Origin: an uncultured Bacteroidales bacterium
GTDB taxonomy: Bacteria; Bacteroidota; Bacteroidia; Bacteroidales; JAKIYJ01
Length of the DNA stretch: 64,000 nucleotides
Direction: 5' to 3'
Assembly: GCA_964504265.1 (NCBI GenBank)
Contig: CAZDEU010000002.1
Location: 22,473 to 86,472, forward strand
Shown: positions 8,004 to 13,593 of the stretch, in pieces
Layout of the letters: each line of letters begins with the position of its first letter
Position numbering within the stretch: position 1 is the first letter of the stretch
The notes under the pieces: model-generated
What the model was told of the DNA's origin: nothing
What the model saw: only the letters and a program-made list of their open reading frames with translations
The model's database searches: none
Position numbers and translations under genes: made by a program

Positions 8004-8126
8004 CGTTGACGGTAGCAGAAGTACGGGACTTAACCGAACAAAGCTATCCAGTAACAATGACCTTAATAAAATGCAGTACACTAACATAACCACTAACACC
8101 CGTATTACTGCTACCGTGTGTTAGGC
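7998..8126 (+). repeat. attC-like imperfect inverted repeat E3 (129 bp)
   Basis: R'' is AGCTAAC and R' is GTTAGGC. In the arms GACGGTAGCAGAAGTACGGG (8008-8027) and CCCGTATTACTGCTACCGTG (8099-8118), 17 of 20 positions are Watson-Crick, one is G.T and two are mismatched. Confidence 0.65.
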
Positions 8127-8139
8127 AACGTTTTTAATT

Positions 8140-8349
8140 ATGGAAGATTTAGTAAAAGCATTTCAGATTTTTTTAAAGTATTCGGATGATAAATATCCGA
8201 CACATTGTGAACATGATTATTTATACGTAAATGTTCATCCTGACAAAGTTTCTCAGGAAGATAAAGCAGAGTTAGAAAAACTTGGATTTATCATTGATGG
8301 TGAGTATGGAGGTGATGGTTTTGGCTCATTTAGGTTCGGTAGCTGTTAA
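8140..8349 (+). CDS. cassette ORF, hypothetical protein (69 aa)
   Basis: Starts 14 nt after the E3 R' box (..TTTTTAATTATG). Confidence 0.6.
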   Translation: MEDLVKAFQIFLKYSDDKYPTHCEHDYLYVNVHPDKVSQEDKAELEKLGFIIDGEYGGDGFGSFRFGSC

Positions 8350-8354
8350 ATGTT

Positions 8355-8488
8355 GCCTAACGGTACTGCGCTATAAAATCGTGCGGGATTTCGAAGCGCA
8401 AAATTATCAACCGAGTAGAAAATAACAATAGTAGTAAACCGCTTGCATACACTCTAAAACCCGCATGTTTTATGAGCGCATGTTAGGC
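8355..8488 (+). repeat. attC-like imperfect inverted repeat E4 (134 bp)
   Basis: R'' GCCTAAC matches RYYYAAC exactly and R' GTTAGGC matches GTTRRRY exactly. Arms TGCGCT/ATAAAA/CGTGCGGG pair with CCCGCATG/TTTTAT/AGCGCA, with bulges. Confidence 0.7.
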
Positions 8489-8504
8489 ACTGTACTTTTT
8501 AATT

Positions 8505-8804
8505 ATGAATAGAGTTGAAGAAATAAGAGAAATATTAAGAGAATTTGTTGAATATGATAAGGGTAAGCGTTTGAGACAAGAACTTAAAGACATAGCAGAT
8601 AAAACATATATTCAAAAATACTCTGATAAGGAGCAGATTGATTTTTTAGATAGACATGAAGCTTCAATAAGAAGTTTACATGCTCAATCAACAAATTTTC
8701 CGTATTATCTCGAAATGTTTACCGTTTTAACTCAACATATTTATGCTGATAATATTAGGCAAATTATTGATAAAGGAATAGATATTGAACGGGCACGGTC
8801 TTAG
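8505..8804 (+). CDS. cassette ORF, hypothetical protein (99 aa)
   Basis: Starts 17 nt after the E4 R' box. Confidence 0.6.
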   Translation: MNRVEEIREILREFVEYDKGKRLRQELKDIADKTYIQKYSDKEQIDFLDRHEASIRSLHAQSTNFPYYLEMFTVLTQHIYADNIRQIIDKGIDIERARS

Positions 8805-8810
8805 TATTGT

Positions 8811-8906
8811 GCCTAACGGCTGGCGGTATGGTTATATGTGCCTATCTACTGCCTGTCAATTTACCACAAACTTTTAAAGGCACATTAATTATACCGCTTG
8901 TTATAA
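8811..8906 (+). repeat. attC-like imperfect inverted repeat E5 (96 bp, short loop)
   Basis: R'' is GCCTAAC and R' is GTTATAA. Arms are GCGGTAT..ATGTGCCT (8823-8843) and AGGCACAT..ATACCGC (8878-8897). Confidence 0.6.
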
Positions 8907-8928
8907 GCTGTATTAAAAATTTTTAGCT

Positions 8929-9168
8929 ATGGATGCAGAAATTTTAAATTACCCAACAGAAACAGGTAAACCAAGAAACAATTCAAAACTTGCTTATGTA
9001 GATTGCTGCATGAGGCTTATGGACTGGCATAGACCATTTGAAGAAATGAGTAACGATGACTTAGATAGCTTATATTTTGTAGCTTTCAAAAGTTGGGCTT
9101 ATCATTTAACACGACAGGCTTATATTGATTACTTAAATAAATACAGGATAGAACGCTGTCCGTGTTAA
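8929..9168 (+). CDS. cassette ORF, hypothetical protein (79 aa)
   Basis: ORF between E5 and E6. Confidence 0.6.
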   Translation: MDAEILNYPTETGKPRNNSKLAYVDCCMRLMDWHRPFEEMSNDDLDSLYFVAFKSWAYHLTRQAYIDYLNKYRIERCPC

Positions 9169-9172
9169 TTGC

Positions 9173-9304
9173 GTATAACGCTATTGCGGTATGAAATGAA
9201 GCGGTGAACGGGCTGCTAATGTATCAACCGACACAGAATTACAAGCGAGTGATTAACTTGCAAAATGTACTTAACCCGCTTTGTTTTATGACCGCTTGTT
9301 AGCG
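9173..9304 (+). repeat. attC-like imperfect inverted repeat E6 (132 bp)
   Basis: R'' is GTATAAC and R' is GTTAGCG. Arms GCGGTATGAAATGAAGCGG and CCGCTTTGTTTTATGACCGC pair with G.T pairs. Confidence 0.65.
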
Positions 9305-9332
9305 GTAGTTATTAATTTAAAATCATTTAATT

Positions 9333-9560
9333 ATGAAAGAACTACTTATCAAATTAAAAATAGTGCAAGTCGTATCAAATGAGCAACGACATAAAGAAGG
9401 ATTGAAAAGATTAGGTAAAGGTTATTTTAAAGCTTATCGACTTAACCCATTCAATCCGCTGAGTTATATCCTTGTAGTAGTAACAATTCCAGTTTTATTA
9501 CTTATGTACGGTTTTGTTGGCTCATTTGAAAAGGCAATCAATCCGTTTCGGTGGGATTAA
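9333..9560 (+). CDS. cassette ORF, small membrane protein (75 aa)
   Basis: Hydrophobic segment LSYILVVVTIPVLLLMYGFVG. Lies between E6 and E7. Confidence 0.6.
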   Translation: MKELLIKLKIVQVVSNEQRHKEGLKRLGKGYFKAYRLNPFNPLSYILVVVTIPVLLLMYGFVGSFEKAINPFRWD

Positions 9561-9564
9561 TTAC

Positions 9565-9693
9565 CGCTAACGGTGAGCGTATGAAATCGAAAGGGATTAG
9601 AAAGCATATCACTATCCCACGATAAAACGTTTATAGAAATCACAGCACAACGCATACCACTGACCCCCTTTTGTTTTATACGCTGTGTTATAT
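9565..9693 (+). repeat. attC-like imperfect inverted repeat E7 (129 bp)
   Basis: R'' is CGCTAAC and R' is GTTATAT. Arms are GCGTATGAAATCGAAAGGG and CCCTTTTGTTTTATACGC. Confidence 0.65.
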
Positions 9694-9792
9694 GCTGCTT
9701 TTTAATTAGTTACAATCAAAGCACGGAGTGGGTGCGGAGTGCGGAGTGATAAAATATTTTCACTTTCATTGAAAAATAATTGATTTAAACTA

Positions 9793-9822
9793 TTGTTAAT
9801 TCAAAAATAAACCTTATCTTTA
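9793..9822 (+). promoter_or_regulatory. Bacteroidota-type promoter (-33 TTG, 19-nt spacer, -7 TAtcTTTA)
   Basis: TATTGTTAATTCAAAAATAAACCTTATCTTTATG, 24 nt before ATG 9846. Confidence 0.5.
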
Positions 9823-9845
9823 TGTCATAATTAATACTTACAATT

Positions 9846-10028
9846 ATGAATGCAACGATTGAAAAATTTCAGAAACAACAAATTGAAAAGGCTAATTTCA
9901 TTAAAGATAAAGCTCAGAAAGAAATTGAATCTTTAGAAGATGAGATATTAAGATTGAAAAAACAAATAAACGCTCAAAAATCGATAGTAAAACAGGCAAA
10001 TAAAGATATTCAACATTATTCAGAATGA
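9846..10028 (+). CDS. hypothetical coiled-coil protein (60 aa)
   Basis: Lys/Glu/Gln-rich, heptad-like translation. Confidence 0.55.
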   Translation: MNATIEKFQKQQIEKANFIKDKAQKEIESLEDEILRLKKQINAQKSIVKQANKDIQHYSE

Positions 10029-10183
10029 AAGGCGGCAAAAGAACAGGTGCAGGGAGAAAACCTTGCACCGATAAAAAACAGCAAATGACAATCTATGTTT
10101 TAACTTCTCAAATCGAAAAGTTAGGCAAAGATGCAATTCGTCAAGTATGCGAAAAAGCTATCAACGAAGCGGTTTTAAAGTAG
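10025..10183 (+). CDS. small basic protein (52 aa, not in ORF track)
   Basis: ATGA overlap with the upstream stop. Translation is MKGGKRTGAGRKPCTDKKQQMTIYVLTSQIEKLGKDAIRQVCEKAINEAVLK. The last base of the stop TAG (10181-10183) is the first base of GCATATAAC (10183-10191). Confidence 0.5.
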   Translation: MKGGKRTGAGRKPCTDKKQQMTIYVLTSQIEKLGKDAIRQVCEKAINEAVLK

Positions 10184-10184
10184 C

Positions 10185-10285
10185 ATATAACTATTATATA
10201 ATTGAATTCCTTTATAACTAATTGATTATAAATGAAAAAGGTATATCAACTTTAGGAAATTTTAAAAATATTCTTAAAGTTAGGA
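10185..10285 (+). repeat. possible degenerate attC-like element E8 (101 bp)
   Basis: GCATATAAC (10183-10191) is the exact complement of GTTATATGC (9687-9695, the E7 R' box). An R'-like GTTAGGA lies at 10279-10285 and the loop motif TATCAAC at 10244-10250. The arms are AT-rich and only weakly paired. Confidence 0.3.
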
Positions 10286-10308
10286 ATTATTCACATATAA
10301 CAATTCAA

Positions 10309-10353
10309 AATAAATCAGATTTCTCTTGGATTTCTGATAATAGCATACTATCT
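10309..10353 (+). repeat. exact 45-nt copy of 6261-6305 (promoter block)
   Basis: AATAAATCAGATTTCTCTTGGATTTCTGATAATAGCATACTATCT is identical in both places. Here the -7 box is degraded to TATCTAAT. Confidence 0.85.
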
Positions 10354-10498
10354 AATAGATGCTTTTTTAAACTTGAAGAAGCAATTCTTTATGCCATTGG
10401 TAGTAATGTTGGTAAACGTAATGACACTACTTTGTTAGTTCATATCGACACTTTTGTAACAATGATAACGAAAGACTAATTATTGTTGAGTAGCAATT

Positions 10499-10524
10499 AA
10501 ACCAGCGTAACTGCTGGTTTTTTA
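10499..10524 (+). terminator. intrinsic terminator
   Basis: AACCAGC (10500-10506) / GCTGGTT (10513-10519) stem followed by TTTTT. Confidence 0.65.
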
Positions 10525-10539
10525 ATGATCACTCCATGC

Positions 10540-10559
10540 AGCGATAAGCGCTTATCGCT
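10540..10559. repeat. perfect 20-bp palindrome AGCGATAAGC|GCTTATCGCT
   Basis: The same half-sites (AGCGATAA ... TTATCGCT) recur at 11590-11609. Confidence 0.7.
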
Positions 10560-10614
10560 CTTATTTAGATCAATTATAAATAATACTACAATTCAAAAAT
10601 ATCTTGCAAAAAGC

Positions 10615-10645
10615 TTGTATATACAAATAAAATATATTACTTTTA
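10615..10645 (+). promoter_or_regulatory. Bacteroidota-type promoter (-33 TTG, 20-nt spacer, -7 TActTTTA) with no obvious ORF downstream
   Basis: aaaaGCTTGTATATACAAATAAAATATATTACTTTTA. Confidence 0.45.
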
Positions 10646-10666
10646 TACTAGTAAACTTTAAATCAA

Positions 10667-10728
10667 GGTATTGGGCAGGTATGACTATATATCAAATTAT
10701 TTGGCTATATGCATGCCTAGCCAATACC
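10667..10728 (+). ncRNA. candidate small RNA hairpin downstream of orphan promoter
   Basis: GGTATTGGGCAGG (10667-10679) is complementary to CCTAGCCAATACC (10716-10728) at 11 of 13 positions. It begins about 20 nt after the -7 box. Confidence 0.3.
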
Positions 10729-10887
10729 ACTACATGCAGTTTAATACTATAAATGTAAGAATAATTTTGCACATACACAAATAAAATAACAATTATTTTT
10801 ACAGCAGTACTAGCTTAAGCTACATCACTACACTTATTTAGAATTGATATAAATAACAAAATAATCGAAAAATAAATCAATAAAAGC

Positions 10888-10918
10888 TTGTGTATCTGGA
10901 AATAGCTTACTATCTTTG
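10888..10918 (+). promoter_or_regulatory. Bacteroidota-type promoter (-33 TTG, 20-nt spacer, -7 TAtcTTTG, exact consensus)
   Basis: aaaaGCTTGTGTATCTGGAAATAGCTTACTATCTTTG, 20 nt before ATG 10939. Confidence 0.65.
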
Positions 10919-10938
10919 GACTATTAAAATTAAACAAA

Positions 10939-11145
10939 ATGACACACTTAACTTATATTAAAATAGATAAACATAGAGCAAAATATAATGATGTTCTACG
11001 TAAAGGATTAGCTAAATTAAATATATCAATTGATATCAAATCATCAAAATATGGTAAAAATATTTATGTAATTAATTCAGTTGATGTATTTAAAGCTCAA
11101 AAGTTTTTACTAAGCATATCTTTAACAAACCCGCAATATATTTAA
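10939..11145 (+). CDS. hypothetical protein (68 aa)
   Basis: ORF after the promoter. Confidence 0.6.
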   Translation: MTHLTYIKIDKHRAKYNDVLRKGLAKLNISIDIKSSKYGKNIYVINSVDVFKAQKFLLSISLTNPQYI

Positions 11146-11171
11146 TTATTAATCATATAAATCTAAACAAA

Positions 11172-11384
11172 ATGAAAGCAAATTTAACATTAGCAGCACA
11201 AGAAGGTAAACTAAACTACATTCTTAGCCAATTATATGCATTAACAACCGAAGAAAAGTGCTATATAGCTGATAACTTATGTGATGAATTGGAGATCGAA
11301 CTAAACGAAGTTATTAAGTTACCTAGCAAGATCTTAGTTGTTACTGATAATTTATCTTCACAATTCAAAGAAAACGGCAAATAA
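11172..11384 (+). CDS. hypothetical acidic protein (70 aa)
   Basis: Preceded by the leader CATATAAATCTAAACAAAATG, which is repeated before the next ORF. Confidence 0.6.
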   Translation: MKANLTLAAQEGKLNYILSQLYALTTEEKCYIADNLCDELEIELNEVIKLPSKILVVTDNLSSQFKENGK

Positions 11385-11411
11385 CGTATTAACCATATAA
11401 ATCTAAACAAA

Positions 11412-11573
11412 ATGAAATACTACGAATGCAACGAATGCGGTAACACATTCACATCAAAAGAACAACATGTAAGCAATTGCCCAATCTGTGGTAGCAACTT
11501 AGAGCATGTCAATCAGATTTCAAAAGAATATTATGATGCTTTAAGTATCGCTTGTGCTGACATTGAAGATTAG
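11412..11573 (+). CDS. zinc-ribbon protein (53 aa, not in ORF track)
   Basis: MKYYECNECGN...CPICGS (CxxC-x17-CxxC), with the same leader CATATAAATCTAAACAAAATG. Confidence 0.55.
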   Translation: MKYYECNECGNTFTSKEQHVSNCPICGSNLEHVNQISKEYYDALSIACADIED

Positions 11574-11579
11574 AATAAG

Positions 11580-12600
11580 TTGAAAATACAGCGATAATAA
11601 CTTATCGCTAATAACGGTTGCAGCTTAACAGTAAATTAGCACATAGCTACAAATTCATAAGAATGGCAATATACTTAAAAAGCAAACTTAGCCAGGGAAT
11701 ATTATAAGTTCAGCCGTTATTTTTTTATTATTAGTATACTTAATCGTTATTTTTATAAGTTTGAGATACAAATTAATAAATAGCAAAACAAATTGTTTCA
11801 GCAATGCACGCTGGTAATTTATAAGTCAAAAAATAAGTTCGTAGAGTTTGCAGAGAATTATTTATGCGGGTTTGAGGTGAATGTGGAAATGGGCAGGTGG
11901 TCTAATGTATACGTCAAATAAGAATCATTCTTGTTTAGGAATAATTCTTTACGCTTCACGTAGCTGCTTTATTTCCGCTTGCAGTAATTTTCGCTTGATT
12001 AGCTTGTATCTGCAAGTTTCTATTTTCACTTATTTCTATTTACTTATTGCTTAACATATAATACTTACCAGCAATTATAGTTTCTATTCTTTGCAATATT
12101 TTAACATATAAACCACCGTTTATATAAGTATCTGTTTATATGTTGACTGCTGGTTATACTGCCAGTTAGATTTTGGTAATTACATTGCTGAGTATGCTTA
12201 AGTTTTTATTAATTTTTATTTGATTTTATTTGTATATTATACTTACATTTGTTTTTAAATAAATTAATATTATGAAAATACATTATTAGAGTATTGATAA
12301 CAATGATAGCTCTTTAGAAAGTTACTGTGAGTATTTAATTAGGATAAGATTAGTTGTATTACTGTTACTAATTATGATACAGATACAGTTATATGGTTTG
12401 CCAGTAAAGCTATTATAGTTACGGATTGTATTTAAGGTTGAATATTATTTTATGCTAGCGCATAGTAGCAAAAATTATTAGTATAATTAGCATGTATTGC
12501 TTAAATAAAAATGATAATAATGCTAGTTACATGCTTAAAATATATGTCAAATTGTTTGTGCAAATCGAATTAATTTCTTATTTTTGAGATATTAAATTTT
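11580..12600. other. 1.0-kb ORF-free AT-rich tract with short iterated motifs
   Basis: TTTCTATT occurs at 12017, 12033 and 12081. GTTTATAT occurs at 12118 and 12134. There are hairpins at 11590-11609 and at 11978-11984/12010-12016. Confidence 0.6.
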
Positions 12601-12605
12601 TGAAA

Positions 12606-12791
12606 ATGAATAATCAAAATGCATGGCGTTATATTGATAATGCAGAAAACTTGGCAGCAATGCCAAACGACAGAGATTTTGAGGTATTGTTTGATGATAC
12701 TACAATACTCAAATTTAGTTGTGATAATTTTCCTATTGCTGAGATTGTTACTTGGCGTGAATTAAAAAATAGTACATATGGAAAGTTTTGA
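12606..12791 (+). CDS. hypothetical protein (61 aa from ATG)
   Basis: The track ORF begins at TTG 12600; the first ATG is at 12606. Confidence 0.5.
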   Translation: MNNQNAWRYIDNAENLAAMPNDRDFEVLFDDTTILKFSCDNFPIAEIVTWRELKNSTYGKF

Positions 12792-12906
12792 ATGTTTAAA
12801 TTGTGATAATGTGTGGAAGGATCAACATCCTCATAAACCATTATATTGCCCGAAATGCAAGAGTACTTTAGTTGTAACAAATGAAGAATACAATGAAACT
12901 GACTAA
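12778..12906 (+). CDS. zinc-ribbon protein (42 aa, not in ORF track)
   Basis: MESFECLNCDNVWKDQHPHKPLYCPKCKSTLVVTNEEYNETD (CxxC-x16-CxxC). Confidence 0.45.
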   Translation: MESFECLNCDNVWKDQHPHKPLYCPKCKSTLVVTNEEYNETD

Positions 12907-13588
12907 AGTAAAATGTTGCAAAGATGATTCCGGCCATTGGTATGTGATACCTAATGATATTGCTGTTGATTTCTATAAGGAATTAAATCATATTATTAAA
13001 ACTGAATCTGATGAATTATGTGCATTATTTGATGCTAAATATGGTGCATACATGACAGGTGGTGATCCTGTTGAAGTAAATATGCGTTTAATTGATATTT
13101 TATGGGCTGCATTTGGTGGAACATATACAAATGGATTTAAGTTACTTATTCCGCAAGTAAGGCTTATTCAGGGCGATGGAATTGATATTGAAATGATTGA
13201 AAAAATACTTTCAGCAGCTAAAGCAAAAGGATATTGTGCTGATAATTGGGTATTCGGCTCAGGTGGTGGATTACTTCAGAAATTTGACAGGGATACACAA
13301 AATTTTGCTATTAAAGCTTCATATGGTGAACGCATTGTTAATGGCAATATTGAATTCTTTAATTTAGTTAAAGAACCAATTACTTCTAAAGGAAAACGTT
13401 CTAAAGCAGGTAAATTGAAACTTCAAAAAGGGGTTAATCAATACTTAACATTGAGTAGTGCAAAAGAAACTGATGTTCAATTTAATAGTTATGTTGACTA
13501 CATGGATGTTGTATTTGATAACGGAAAATTAGTAAGAGAGCAAACATTTGACGAAATTAAAAAAATAATAGAAAAAGAATTTATTTAA
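12881..13588 (+). CDS. NAMPT (NadV)-family C-terminal fragment fused to an unrelated N-terminus; likely gene remnant
   Basis: From GGDPVEV onward the protein matches the C-terminal third of nicotinamide phosphoribosyltransferase (RLIQGDGI, FGSGGGLLQKFDRDTQNFAIKAS, KEPITSKGKRSKAGKL). About 300 N-terminal residues of the family are absent. Confidence 0.65.
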   Translation: MKNTMKLTKVKCCKDDSGHWYVIPNDIAVDFYKELNHIIKTESDELCALFDAKYGAYMTGGDPVEVNMRLIDILWAAFGGTYTNGFKLLIPQVRLIQGDGIDIEMIEKILSAAKAKGYCADNWVFGSGGGLLQKFDRDTQNFAIKASYGERIVNGNIEFFNLVKEPITSKGKRSKAGKLKLQKGVNQYLTLSSAKETDVQFNSYVDYMDVVFDNGKLVREQTFDEIKKIIEKEFI

Positions 13589-13593
13589 AAATC

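Larger units (their letters stand above)
6775..10285 (+). mobile_element. integron-like gene-cassette array (attC-like sites without integrase in window; CALIN-like)
   Basis: Eight clear elements and one degenerate one (E0-E8), each following small same-strand ORFs. They have RYYYAAC-like and GTTRRRY-like terminal boxes, and their outer boxes are complementary between neighbouring elements (see findings). Confidence 0.65.

Noticed and set aside
6775-9693. The E0-E7 elements as plain rho-independent terminators, REP-like repeats, or T4-type promoter/stem-loop (PeSL) cassettes.
   Set aside because: These are not excluded as additional roles, since the right arms are followed by T-rich TTTTTAATT. 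But none of them predicts the one-unit register shift in outer-box complementarity or the RYYYAAC/GTTRRRY boxes, and no promoter boxes occur inside the elements.
9721-9748. A GC-rich tandem GCGGAGT GCGGAGT (with a third partial copy) just after the last clear attC-like element.
   Set aside because: It is only two to three 7-nt units, which is too short to interpret. It might be a recombination scar or protein site, but there is no supporting evidence.
10525-10752. A tracked 75-aa ORF.
   Set aside because: It spans a terminator tail, a 20-bp palindrome, a complete promoter and a long hairpin. The translation is low-complexity and has no RBS context. It is more likely non-coding.
12629-12937. 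A tracked antisense 102-aa ORF.
   Set aside because: It overlaps three + strand ORFs that sit in the early-gene orientation. It has no promoter or RBS context.
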